A DNA stretch of 64,000 bases from Spirochaetia bacterium (GCA_963677595.1 OY782041.1:2272001-2336000), one strand, 5' to 3'; counted from the stretch's first letter, positions 28,383 to 38,191 are shown. The notes: generated from the letters alone by a model not told the origin. Numbers and translations are program-made.

Positions 28383-29478
28383 TAGAACAATGAGAAGAAT
28401 AGACAGGCATACATTGATCTCGACGATCAACACGAACAGGATCTACGTGTTCTTAGGCCTCGTGGTGGTCATCATGTCGATAGCGGCTCCAGGATACCTA
28501 AGAGCCGGGAACATCGTGCCGATGCTCAAGACCAGCCTCCTGCCGATTCTGGTCGGGATCGGCTTCACCTATGTGATGATCGGCGGCAACTTCGATCTCT
28601 CGATCGGCTCGGTCATCAACGTCGGGGCTGTCATGGTGATGGGGGAGTTCAACCGGTTCTTCCATCTCTTCGGGGGAGAGGCCGCGGGCACCGAGGCCGT
28701 GGTGTTCGGCTGGATCATCGCCGCGGTCATCGCGCTGGCCGCCGGTTCCCTGGTCGGCCTGGTGAACGGGCTGCTCGTCGCCAAGGGCGGCGTCCATTCG
28801 TTCATCGTCACGATCGGGATGCTGATCGCCATGTCGGGGTTCGTCTACACCTACTCGAAGGGGAACACCATCAGTGCCGACAGCTACCTCCTCGTCGATA
28901 TCATCGAGAAGCCGTTCACCAGGCTGCCCTACCTGAACGTCTTCACGATCCGCTTCGTCATCACGGCAGTCGTCCTGGCCTGCTTCGAGGTCGTGCTCAC
29001 CCTGACCAAATGGGGCCGTGAAGTATCGATGGTAGGCAGTAATCGTGAGGCAGCCTGGCATGCAGGCATCAATACCGATAGGAAGGTCATCTGGACCTTT
29101 GTCATTTCGGGCTTCACGGCAGCCTTCGGCGGGATCCTCTTCGCCGTCTCCATGAATGCCGCTGTACCGAACTACGGGGAGCGCGGGATCAACCCCCTCA
29201 TGCTGGTCCTGGCTTCCACGATCATCGGCGGGACCGTCATGTCGGGCGGGAGCGGGAGCGTGGTGAAGACCGCAGTCGCTGTCATCACCATCCAGGCAAT
29301 CTTCAATGGGCTTATCTGCCTGGGCCTCGGATTCGATACCCAGGTGCTTGCTGCAGGGGTACTTCTCGGGGTCGTGGTGATCTACGAGGCGTATGTCCTC
29401 TACCGGCAGAGCCTCAAGCGGGGAGAACGACCTGCCTTGCTCTCAGAGGCCGAGATGCTGAAGGCGAGGGGGAAATAA
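28375..29478 (+). CDS. Monosaccharide ABC transporter permease
   Basis: FDLSIGS, SFIVT, GSNREAA...GIN and IIGGT..SGGSG motifs. Confidence 0.92.
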   Translation: MHSRTMRRIDRHTLISTINTNRIYVFLGLVVVIMSIAAPGYLRAGNIVPMLKTSLLPILVGIGFTYVMIGGNFDLSIGSVINVGAVMVMGEFNRFFHLFGGEAAGTEAVVFGWIIAAVIALAAGSLVGLVNGLLVAKGGVHSFIVTIGMLIAMSGFVYTYSKGNTISADSYLLVDIIEKPFTRLPYLNVFTIRFVITAVVLACFEVVLTLTKWGREVSMVGSNREAAWHAGINTDRKVIWTFVISGFTAAFGGILFAVSMNAAVPNYGERGINPLMLVLASTIIGGTVMSGGSGSVVKTAVAVITIQAIFNGLICLGLGFDTQVLAAGVLLGVVVIYEAYVLYRQSLKRGERPALLSEAEMLKARGK

Positions 29479-29479
29479 C

Positions 29480-29818
29480 ATGGACCGGAACACCCCCAAA
29501 CGGTTCGGTCAGGTGATCAGGATCGACCCTGATATGATCGAGGTCTACAAGCAGTACCATGCGGCTCCCTGGCCGGAGATCAATGAGATGATCAGGGCCT
29601 GCCACATAGAGAACTACTCGATATTCCTCAAGGATGACCTGCTGTTCGCCTATTTCGAATATAGCGGGGAAGACCTCGCTGCGGACATGGCACGGATGGC
29701 GGAGGACGAGAGGACCCAGGCATGGTGGGCGATCATGAACCCCATGCAGCGACCGCTGGAGACCCGGGCTGAAGGGGAGTGGTGGGCCGGCATGCAGGAA
29801 GTGTATCACCTGGACTGA
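29480..29818 (+). CDS. rhaM: L-rhamnose mutarotase family protein
   Basis: Y...H...WPE, I.NYSIFL, LFAYFEY, TQ.WW and EVYHLD motifs. Confidence 0.88.
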   Translation: MDRNTPKRFGQVIRIDPDMIEVYKQYHAAPWPEINEMIRACHIENYSIFLKDDLLFAYFEYSGEDLAADMARMAEDERTQAWWAIMNPMQRPLETRAEGEWWAGMQEVYHLD

Positions 29819-29826
29819 ATCGCAGG

Positions 29827-30633
29827 ATGAAGCGTACTGAGAGCTGCCTGAAGAGACTGGCCCGCATGAACGACTGGCTGAACCATATCGAGGGAGACCG
29901 GGTCCCGGCGGGCGGCAGCTCACTTCCTGCATCCACCTCCCGCTGCCGCGGCCTGGACTGGGTCGTCCCACCGGTTAAGGTAGGTCGGCATCCTGAGCCC
30001 TGCGGGATCGACACGATCGAGAAGGCCTTGATGTGGCATGTTGATTCCTCTCAATTCAGCCGAAGCTTGGAATGTGCCGGTGAGATAGAGAATAAGGCCA
30101 TAAATATTTCCCTGACCGATGCTGCCTGGCTGGAGACCGTCAGGTCTCTATACCCGGAGATCCCCGTCTGCGGGGAGGTACAGGAAGCCTATGAGCTGGG
30201 ACGTGGGATCCTTGGCAGTAAGAACATGCTGATGTGGCTGGCGTTATACCCGGATGAGATGGGGCTATTCCTCGATCGTGTGACGACCTACAGCCTCGGG
30301 TTGTGCAAAGCGCAGATCGAGGCAGCCGGCGGGATGCTTGACGGGTTCGTGATCCGGGGGGCTGTCGCCTACGAGAACGGCCTGCTCTTCCCCCCGGAAA
30401 CATGGAGGCGTTACTTCCTCCCCTGCATCAAGGCTATCATAGACTACTGCCATATACACAGCCTGCCGGTCCTATACTACGGCGGGGGGAACGTCTCAGA
30501 GATACTTCCCGACCTCATCGATGCAGGCTTAGATACCTATGGCCCGGTCGGTGGGGACACTGGGATGGATCTGCTCGAGATACGACAAAAATACGGCCAG
30601 AGATTGTTACTCATAGATGAAATAAGACATTGA
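29827..30633 (+). CDS. Degenerate, short URO-D-family protein (possible pseudogene)
   Basis: Core E...Y...G...ML, GAVAYENGLLF.PE.WR.YF.P and DLLEIRQKYG is recognisable. The HSCG motif is replaced by YGGG and the C-terminal part is missing. Confidence 0.55.
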   Translation: MKRTESCLKRLARMNDWLNHIEGDRVPAGGSSLPASTSRCRGLDWVVPPVKVGRHPEPCGIDTIEKALMWHVDSSQFSRSLECAGEIENKAINISLTDAAWLETVRSLYPEIPVCGEVQEAYELGRGILGSKNMLMWLALYPDEMGLFLDRVTTYSLGLCKAQIEAAGGMLDGFVIRGAVAYENGLLFPPETWRRYFLPCIKAIIDYCHIHSLPVLYYGGGNVSEILPDLIDAGLDTYGPVGGDTGMDLLEIRQKYGQRLLLIDEIRH

Positions 30634-30718
30634 GTATGTATTAACGGCATTAATGAACGTACCCCTGCATTTGCCAGGGGAGCCCTGCCCGATATACCAA
30701 TGTGCGGGAAGTAGGGTT

Positions 30719-32428
30719 CTACGATGCCGGGATATGTTCCTCGCGGAACTCCGTCGTTGATAACCCGCAGTATTTCTTGAAGACCCGGTAGAAGTAGTTA
30801 TGGTCCGAGTAGCCGACGGCAAAGGCTATCTCCTTGGCCTTCATGTTCGTCTGCTCCAGCAGTTCTCTTGCCTTGTCCACCCGCACGGAGTTTATATAGT
30901 CACAGAAGGAGAGGTCTTTGACGGTCTTGATCTGCTGGCCGAGATACCCCGGCGTGATATCGAACTGGTCAGCGAGGGTCTTCAGCGAGAGTGGCTGGTC
31001 GAAGTGCTCATCGATGAAGCGGAGGACCCTGCTGAGCGTGTCCTGGCTGTTCTTCCTCGAATGGATGACGGCGATGATATCCTTCGCAGTACTCCTGATC
31101 CACAGGAGGGACTGCTCGATCGACCGCTGGTCGAAGAGGTACTTATAGACCCCTTCATAGTCATTGAAGAACTCATACATCTGTACGCCGTTCTCCTTGA
31201 GGACCTGGACGAGGATCGAGAAGATCTGGATGATGAATCCCCGGAGGAACTCCTCCTTGATGAACCTGACGTTGTGCAGGATGGAGAAGAGCTTCTCGAA
31301 ATAGGAGTCGACCCCATCGGAGTCCAGCCTGCTGAGCGCCCTGTAGAGATCGTCATCATTGAGGCTGGGGATGATATCCTTCTTCTCGATGAAGTCCTGG
31401 ACGTTGTCCCTGTTGACGATGAGGCTCGGGAGGTACCGCACAGTCTCTATCTTGAACCCGTTGAACCAGTCCGCGGCTGTCTGCATGGCCAGGGCCCCGT
31501 CCATCTCCCCCGACTGGTATGCCGCTGCATGGATGCTCCCTGACTTCACCATATGCAGGGCACGTTCCGAACTGCCCATACATACCCGGATGATATCTTT
31601 CCGGCCATAGGCCATGGCTACGTTGTTGATCGCCATCTGCAGCGGGGCGCAGCCCGAGTTCACGATCCCGGTCAGTTCCCTGCCGTAGGTTGCGATCCAG
31701 GAGGAGACCAGCTGCTCCGTCAGTTTGGGGTCGAGGTACGAAGTCTCGGCTTCCAGCAGCTTGATCTCAGGGGCGATCCGCTTCAGCTCGGCTGCGAAGC
31801 CCCAGGTGCGTGCGTTGAAGGCCGAACTGCCGGGGATATGCCTGACGATGACATAACTTCCGCGGTAGCCCATCAGTTCGGCGAACTCACGGGCCAGCAG
31901 CCGCTGCTGACCCCAGTCATCGGGGCCGGTCCACGCCAGGATGTGCCGGTACACCGACGGCTCGGGCAGGGAGTTGCAGCAGATGACGGGTATCTCCGAC
32001 TCGTTGATCCTCCGGTAATGGTCCTCACAGACATTGGTGTTCTCCGGTATCATGATGATCAGGTCGGGGTGCTTCCCGATCGCCTCATCGACGGCTTTCG
32101 TCTGTATCCGCATGTCCCAGCTGGTGGTGATGAAGGAGGTCTTGATGCTGTAGAACCTGGCGACCTTCTTCAACCCCTCCTTGAAGTCATCCATATAGGG
32201 GTGGTTCCCGGGGTAGATGCATACCACGCTCTTGCTGCGTGCGTTCATACCGGGATCAGGCCTGGGTATGTTGTTCTTCGGGGTGAGGAAGCCTGCATAT
32301 TCGCAGTCGTACCAGTGTCGCAGGTCATCTTCAGGATACTGGTGCTGGTTGTCCGGTCTCGGGGGTATCTCTCTCTGGTCCTTGATGCAGAACACATTGA
32401 AGTCCCTGCTGTCGTGCGCAAAGTCCAT
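30719..32428 (-). CDS. AraC-family regulator with N-terminal sugar-binding (periplasmic-binding-fold) domain
   Basis: C-terminal LSLKTLA...YL...F.DYIN.VR..KA..LL...IAFAVGYSD..YF.RVFKK..G. N-terminal domain resembles the SBP at 24521. Start is approximate (32428 or 32446). Confidence 0.88.
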   Translation of the reverse strand: MDFAHDSRDFNVFCIKDQREIPPRPDNQHQYPEDDLRHWYDCEYAGFLTPKNNIPRPDPGMNARSKSVVCIYPGNHPYMDDFKEGLKKVARFYSIKTSFITTSWDMRIQTKAVDEAIGKHPDLIIMIPENTNVCEDHYRRINESEIPVICCNSLPEPSVYRHILAWTGPDDWGQQRLLAREFAELMGYRGSYVIVRHIPGSSAFNARTWGFAAELKRIAPEIKLLEAETSYLDPKLTEQLVSSWIATYGRELTGIVNSGCAPLQMAINNVAMAYGRKDIIRVCMGSSERALHMVKSGSIHAAAYQSGEMDGALAMQTAADWFNGFKIETVRYLPSLIVNRDNVQDFIEKKDIIPSLNDDDLYRALSRLDSDGVDSYFEKLFSILHNVRFIKEEFLRGFIIQIFSILVQVLKENGVQMYEFFNDYEGVYKYLFDQRSIEQSLLWIRSTAKDIIAVIHSRKNSQDTLSRVLRFIDEHFDQPLSLKTLADQFDITPGYLGQQIKTVKDLSFCDYINSVRVDKARELLEQTNMKAKEIAFAVGYSDHNYFYRVFKKYCGLSTTEFREEHIPAS

Positions 32429-32808
32429 ATAGGAAGAGTATATCATCGATTTCGGTAACTGGGGAAAGAATTTATCCCGCGATATGACGCGTGTCCACCA
32501 GGGCCGGTTCGGTTCATGCAGGTGTCTGTATAGAAAAAAGATTCGGGTGTATAAGAAACTTTTTAGAAATATCAAAAAGATTCGGATGGAGGCGAATGTT
32601 TTTTGATTCCACTGCCTGGCTATCTTGAGGAAGGTATTCCTTACTTGGAAGAACTCTTCGTTACTTCTTCCTGCAGATCTCTCGCATGACTGGATCAAGC
32701 TGCCTGTGCAGCTGCTGTTCCTGTGATCCTGGCATGTCCCCCTGCTTGGGTACAATCCAGCAGTACCATCACGAACGTGAAGACAGGTAACTCAAACTTC
32801 GCACATAG

Positions 32809-33123
32809 CTAAGCCGCATTCTTGAGATAGATTCTGAGTCGTTGAGGCAGGCCCTTCAGGAATCTGTTCAGCGTATCATTCAGTTTGCCAAGAGGTAATG
32901 CATACTCATCAGCGATAACCTCGACAAACAGAGTTAACGTCAACTCTAGGGCTGCAAAGAGAGCGGCATCCTGTACTTCTTCTAATAGCTGGTAGTAGAG
33001 TTCACCGAAGCCGATCTCATCAGAGCTCTGACGGTTCAACCATGAGAGCATTGCATATTGGAACATGACAATAGCAGAACTTGCATAGGATAACGCATCC
33101 TCAACTTGACGACTATGGCCCAT
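32809..33123 (-). pseudogene. C-terminal remnant of an IS4-like transposase
   Basis: AIVMFQYAMLSWLNR....FGELYYQLLEE resembles C-termini of IS4-like transposases (recalled pattern). The N-terminus is absent. Confidence 0.45.
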
Positions 33124-33139
33124 GCTAATATACTATATA

Positions 33140-33167
33140 TGTAAACATATACTTGCATATGTTTACA
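33140..33167. promoter_or_regulatory. Inverted-repeat operator of the TA operon
   Basis: TGTAAACATAT-acttgc-ATATGTTTACA directly before the RBS. Confidence 0.7.
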
Positions 33168-33179
33168 AAGGAGCAGATT

Positions 33180-33482
33180 ATGGCAAATTCTCTGGTACAG
33201 TTTCGCGTAGAAGAGAACCTCAAATTGGAGGCCACAAGCATCTTCGAGAGATTAGGCATTGATCTTTCTACTGCTCTTCGCATGTTCCTCGCACGGGCAG
33301 TATTGGATCAGGGAATACCCTTCCCAATGAAGCTCGATGGAGATCCAAAAGCACGTAATGCTATGTATGCCCTGAAGGAAGCAAGTCGCATCGCCGGGGA
33401 GAACGGTATATCTGATATGACACTGGAAGAGATCAATTCAGAGATAGCCGAAGCAAGGAAGCGGTATGTTCTCAAAGAGTGA
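33180..33482 (+). CDS. RelB/DinJ-family antitoxin
   Basis: VQFRVEENLK.EA..IFE.LGIDLSTALRMFL......GIPF ribbon-helix-helix pattern. Confidence 0.9.
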   Translation: MANSLVQFRVEENLKLEATSIFERLGIDLSTALRMFLARAVLDQGIPFPMKLDGDPKARNAMYALKEASRIAGENGISDMTLEEINSEIAEARKRYVLKE

Positions 33483-33885
33483 TCGGTTTGTAGTAATCGA
33501 TAGGAATGTCCTGGTATCAGCCATACTCAAGTGGGATTCCAATCCTGGAAGGATCATGGAGAAGGTGTTTCTTGGTGAGATTATCCCTGTCTTCAATCAT
33601 GCTATTCTCAATGAGTACCATGAGGTTCTTTCACACCCGAAATTCCATCTCCCCCCAGATATACCTACCCATATTATCACCGGCATTGTAGACAAAGGAA
33701 TCCTGGTGGAGGCAGATAAACTCATTGTTGATATGCCTGATCCAGATGATATTATGTTCTTCGAGGTCACGATGGAAGCACGTAAGGATCATGATACATT
33801 TCTTGTAACGGGGAACTTGAAACACTTTCCCCAGAAACCCTTTATTGTCACTCCCAGACAAATGCTTGATATACTCAACTTGTAG
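33466..33885 (+). CDS. PIN-domain putative toxin
   Basis: VID.NVLVSA, EY.EVL..PKF, PDPDD.MF.E and LVTGNLKHFP motifs. Overlaps the antitoxin stop. Confidence 0.88.
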   Translation: MFSKSDRFVVIDRNVLVSAILKWDSNPGRIMEKVFLGEIIPVFNHAILNEYHEVLSHPKFHLPPDIPTHIITGIVDKGILVEADKLIVDMPDPDDIMFFEVTMEARKDHDTFLVTGNLKHFPQKPFIVTPRQMLDILNL

Positions 33886-33951
33886 TGTAGTCTAAACACG
33901 AAACAAGACTATACCTGCTGCTGTCCTGCTACGGAATCCATACAGGATCCT

Positions 33952-34182
33952 CTACTTCACTCCCCCGAAAGTCAGTCCGCTGATATAGTACTTCTGGAGC
34001 ATAAGCGAAAGCAGGATCACCGGCAGGATCGCCACGACCCCCATCGTCGCCATATAGGTCCAGCCCTGATGCAGGATCCCGAAGGTACTGAGCATTCCCA
34101 GCGGGAGCGTGCTCGTATCAGGGGAGGTCAACGTCAAAGCGAACAGGAAGTCATACCAGGAGAAGATGAACGCGAAGTACAT
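33952..34182 (-). pseudogene. C-terminal fragment of a CUT1 carbohydrate ABC permease
   Basis: FIFSW.DFLFAL.L....TLP.G...LQKYYISGLTFGGVK. The N-terminal part is absent. Confidence 0.8.
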
Positions 34183-34494
34183 GCAATACTATCAAGTCCC
34201 TGCCTCCAAACCGGCGAATACGACAAGACTCTGTGAAAGCTATACAGTTTTCATATGTTTACAAATTTAAACATAAGTTCTTCGTGTTGCTAATAGACAT
34301 CCCATAGTATTTAGAGTAAGAATATTCGTTCTTATGTCTATATATTATATATAATCAACTAGAAGCATTCAGGGCGAGTACTTGCCTGTTCTTGGCTGAA
34401 TTTCATGTGCGAAGTTTGAGAGGTAAACATCGGCAGAGAAATTCCTTCCCCAATCCTGTAGAACAGGGTACCATGTCTTGAGGAGTGTACGTCC

Positions 34495-35424
34495 ATGAGA
34501 GATTTGAAGAAGAGCTGTCGGATCGCAGTGGTCCAGGCAGCGCCTGTGCTGTTCGATGCCGGAGCCTGTACTGAGAAGGCGGTTTCCCTCATCGCTGAGT
34601 GTGCCGCAGCACAGGCCGAGCTGATCGTGTTCCCCGAGCTCTTCATCCCGGGCTATCCCTACGGGATGTCCTTCGGGTTCACCGTCGGGGCACGTACCGC
34701 GCAGGGGCGTCAGGACTGGCTGCGCTACTATGAGAACTCGATCCTCATCCCGGGGCCTGAGACCGAACTGCTGGGCAACGCAGCCCGGGACGCGAATGCA
34801 TGGCTCAGTATCGGGGTATCGGAGCGGGATGCCCGGACCGCCACCCTCTATAACAGCAATATCATCTTCTCACCCGAAGGGGCGTTGGTCTCACACCACC
34901 GGAAGCTCAAGCCCACCGGCTCTGAACGGGTCGTCTGGGGGGATGCTGACAGCCACTACTTCCCCGTGGCAGAGACCCCGTGGGGGCCAGTCGGGAGCCT
35001 CATCTGCTGGGAGAGCTATATGCCGCTTGCCCGGGTCGCGCTCTATGGGAAGGGGATCACCATCTACATCTCCCCGAACACCAATGACAACCAAGAGTGG
35101 CAGGCGACCATCCGGCACATCGCCCTGGAAGGGCACTGCTACTTCATCAACAGCAACCTGTTCTTCACGAAGGATACCTACCCGGAAACGCTTCACTGCC
35201 CTGAGGAGATCGACAGGCTCCCTTATGTCGTCTGCCGGGGCGGCAGCTGCATCGTCGATCCCTACGGTCACTATGAAACCGAACCCCTCTGGGACCGCGA
35301 GGGGATCATCTTCGCTGAGCTCGACATGGATAAGGTCCCAGCAAGCAGGATGGAATTCGATGCCTGCGGCCATTATGCACGGCCGGATATACTTGAACTG
35401 GTCGTTAAAGAGGAGAGAGAGTAG
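34495..35424 (+). CDS. Nitrilase (carbon-nitrogen hydrolase, nitrilase branch)
   Basis: FPELFIPGYP, HRKLKPT..ER.VWG, LICWESYMPLAR and FD..GHY.RPD motifs. Confidence 0.92.
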   Translation: MRDLKKSCRIAVVQAAPVLFDAGACTEKAVSLIAECAAAQAELIVFPELFIPGYPYGMSFGFTVGARTAQGRQDWLRYYENSILIPGPETELLGNAARDANAWLSIGVSERDARTATLYNSNIIFSPEGALVSHHRKLKPTGSERVVWGDADSHYFPVAETPWGPVGSLICWESYMPLARVALYGKGITIYISPNTNDNQEWQATIRHIALEGHCYFINSNLFFTKDTYPETLHCPEEIDRLPYVVCRGGSCIVDPYGHYETEPLWDREGIIFAELDMDKVPASRMEFDACGHYARPDILELVVKEERE

Positions 35425-36705
35425 ATGGGAATCAAACAGGAAGAGGCATTCAGGGTGTATCGGTACAGGTGGGTGGTGCTCGGGGCGTTCTTCCTCCTTA
35501 CGATGGTCTCGCAGATCCAGTGGCTTACCCATGCGCCGGTCTCCCGGGCAGCTGCAGTCTTCTATGAAGGCCAGATCCCAGACGGCTCCTTTTTCAATAT
35601 CGACTTCATCGCCATGTCCTATATGCTGGTCTTCCTCATCATGTGCATCCCCGCTTCTTATGTGTTAGATACCTACGGCATCAGGGTCGGGCTTGGGATC
35701 GGGGCGCTCGGTGCCGCGGTCTTCGGCTTTGCCAAGGGGCTCTTCGCAGACAGCTTCACCCTGGTCATCATCGCCCAGGTGGGGCTTGCCGCGGTACAGC
35801 CCTTCATCCTCAATGCCGTGACTGCCCTCACCGTCAGGTGGTTCCCGCTCCGGGAGCGTGCCACTGCTGCCGGCATCGGGGCCCTGGCCCAGTACCTCGG
35901 GATCATGGTCGCCATGGGGGTGACCCCCCTGATGGTCGACACCTCGCCGGAGTCGGTGACCTACGGGGCGGGGATTGATTCCATGCTCATGACCTACGGG
36001 ATCATCACTGCTGCCGCTGGGGTGATCTCCCTGGTCCTCATCAGGGAGAGACCCCCGACACCGCCGTCAGGGACCGAGCTGCACCATACGAGGTTCTTCG
36101 AGGGGTTCCGGATCATCTTCGGCAGGAAGGATATGGTGATCACCCTCATCCTCTTCTTCATCGGGCTCGGGCTCTTCAATGCGGTAAGCTCGATGGTCGA
36201 TGCGATCACGGGGTTCATCGGGGTCTCGGACTCAAACGGGATGATCGGGGTGCTGATGCTCCTCGGCGGGGTCATCGGAGCAGTCATCCTGCCGATCCTC
36301 TCCGACACCTTCAGGAAGCGGAGGCTCTTCCTCGTCATCTGCATTTCAGGGATGGTCCCCGGGGTCGCGGGCCTCACCTTCGCTGGGATGCTCGGCAGCA
36401 CCCCGGAAGCCGCCTATACCATCGCGCTCGTCTCCTCGTTTATCCTCGGGTTCTTCATCATGAGTGCGGGGCCGATCGGGTTCCAGTATGCCGCCGAGGT
36501 GAGCTACCCGGCACCGGAGTCTTCTTCACAGGGGATGCTGCTTTTCGCCGGGCAGATCACAGGGCTGGTCTTCACCTACCTCATGAGCATCGGTCATAAT
36601 AGGTATCTTGGTTCGGTCATGGTCAGTTTCGTGTTCCTTGCCCTGGTCACCGTGGTATTGGTGATGATGCTCAAGGAGTCGCCGATGATGGGAGAACGAG
36701 CATAG
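35425..36705 (+). CDS. MFS transporter (FLVCR/SLC49-like)
   Basis: Y.YRWVVL, WFP..ERATA and E.SYP.PE motifs; about 12 TM segments. Confidence 0.88.
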   Translation: MGIKQEEAFRVYRYRWVVLGAFFLLTMVSQIQWLTHAPVSRAAAVFYEGQIPDGSFFNIDFIAMSYMLVFLIMCIPASYVLDTYGIRVGLGIGALGAAVFGFAKGLFADSFTLVIIAQVGLAAVQPFILNAVTALTVRWFPLRERATAAGIGALAQYLGIMVAMGVTPLMVDTSPESVTYGAGIDSMLMTYGIITAAAGVISLVLIRERPPTPPSGTELHHTRFFEGFRIIFGRKDMVITLILFFIGLGLFNAVSSMVDAITGFIGVSDSNGMIGVLMLLGGVIGAVILPILSDTFRKRRLFLVICISGMVPGVAGLTFAGMLGSTPEAAYTIALVSSFILGFFIMSAGPIGFQYAAEVSYPAPESSSQGMLLFAGQITGLVFTYLMSIGHNRYLGSVMVSFVFLALVTVVLVMMLKESPMMGERA

Positions 36706-36844
36706 GTACGATCCAGTACTCATACCTGAGTGAAATAATCGAAAATATGCTAGGAGAATGACCAGGTTCTGATTGCTTCTTGGGAATACATCATATATAT
36801 TATAAGCATATGCTAAATATGAAGTATCCAAGGAGGGAACATGT

Positions 36845-38191
36845 ATGAGATATGATGTGGTAGTGATCGGAGGGAACCCGGCCGGTGGTGCTGCAGCGGT
36901 CGCTGCGAAGAAGCTCCACCCGGAGAAGTCGATACTGGTGATCAGGAAGGAACCGGATGCCCTGATCCCCTGCGGTATCCCCTATATCTTCGGCACGCTT
37001 CCCTCCATAGAGGCTGATATCAAAGGGATAGACCCCATGAAGGCAGCCGGGATCGAGTTCCTCATAGATGAAGTCATAGAAGTCAGGACTGAAGAGAAAG
37101 AGATCCTGACCCATGGCAGTAAGATGATCGAGTATGACCGTCTGATCTTTGCAACGGGATCTACCCCCTTCGTCCCCCCGATCGAGGGAAGGGACCTCGC
37201 TCATGTCGTCACGGCTGCGAAGGACCTGGAGAATGTCAGGAAGATATATCCCATCCTCACATCGGCGAAGCGGGTCGCAGTCGTGGGTGCCGGTTTCATC
37301 GGCGTGGAGATGAGTGACGAACTCGCGAAAGGAGGAGCTGAGGTGACCCTCATTGAGGCCATGGGTTCTATCCTGCCGCTGGCCTTTGATGAGGATATGA
37401 CAGTACCGGCTTTCGCGATGCTCCGAGCTCATGCCGTCGATATCAGGACCTCGACCATGGTCAGCCGCATCGTGGGAGAGAACGGCATCGCCACCGGCGT
37501 GGAGCTCAAAGGAGGTGAGGTCATCCCGGTCGATGCCGTAGTGCTTGCCATCGGGTACCGCCCCAATACGGAGCTGGCACGGAATACGGGGCTCGAGATT
37601 GGTATCTTCGGAGGTATCAGAACTGATGAATACCTGAGGACGAGTGTCCCCGATGTGTTTGCCGCCGGTGACTGTGTGGAGCACAAGGACTTCTTCACCA
37701 GGAAGCCGTCACGGCTCATGCTGGCCTCGACCGCAGCCTCTGAAGCGAGGATCGCGGGGATGAACCTCTTCGAACTCCGCATCATCCGCCAGACCAAGGG
37801 CAGCATCGCGGTCTTCTCTACCTCACTCGGGGATTCGGCATTGGGTGCCGCAGGACTCACCGAAGAGCAGGCAAGCCGGGAGAACTTCAAGTTCGTGATC
37901 GGCAGGAGCAAAGGGTTCGACCGGCATCCGAAGGGCGTGGGGGATGCGAACCCTCAGATCCTCAAGCTGGTGTTCTCCACGGGGAGCGGGGTGCTCCTCG
38001 GTGCGCAGGTCAGCGGCGGGAAGTCGACCGGGGAGATGATCAACATCCTGGGTCTGGCAATCCAGCAGGGTATGACTGCGGCGGACCTGGCAACCATGCA
38101 GTATGGTACCCAGCCGGGGCTCACTGCAGGGCCCGGGGTCTATCCCATAGCCATGGCTGCCATGGATGCCGTCAGCCAGATGTGCAGGTGA
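36845..38191 (+). CDS. FAD-dependent pyridine nucleotide-disulfide oxidoreductase (NADH oxidase/CoA-disulfide reductase-like)
   Basis: GGNPAG, PCGIPY redox Cys, ATGS, GAGFIG.E and T..PDVFAAGDC motifs; dimerisation domain. Confidence 0.9.
   Translation: MRYDVVVIGGNPAGGAAAVAAKKLHPEKSILVIRKEPDALIPCGIPYIFGTLPSIEADIKGIDPMKAAGIEFLIDEVIEVRTEEKEILTHGSKMIEYDRLIFATGSTPFVPPIEGRDLAHVVTAAKDLENVRKIYPILTSAKRVAVVGAGFIGVEMSDELAKGGAEVTLIEAMGSILPLAFDEDMTVPAFAMLRAHAVDIRTSTMVSRIVGENGIATGVELKGGEVIPVDAVVLAIGYRPNTELARNTGLEIGIFGGIRTDEYLRTSVPDVFAAGDCVEHKDFFTRKPSRLMLASTAASEARIAGMNLFELRIIRQTKGSIAVFSTSLGDSALGAAGLTEEQASRENFKFVIGRSKGFDRHPKGVGDANPQILKLVFSTGSGVLLGAQVSGGKSTGEMINILGLAIQQGMTAADLATMQYGTQPGLTAGPGVYPIAMAAMDAVSQMCR

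Noticed and set aside
27474-28433. Long antisense ORFs (also 36800-37684, 31553-32458, 40049-40966, 45384-46196, 51600-52418)
   Set aside because: Shadow frames of well-supported genes on the opposite strand, expected in GC-rich DNA. No motifs or RBS.
32429-32755. N-terminal extension of the AraC ORF
   Set aside because: Runs through promoter-like AT-rich sequence containing a 12-bp direct repeat (AAAAAGATTCGG at 32535 and 32574). Similarity to the SBP begins later.
34255-34290. Possible Xer dif site (minus-strand TTATGTTTAAAT resembles the XerD arm)
   Set aside because: The arm has an extra base and no XerC arm is recognisable at the correct spacing.
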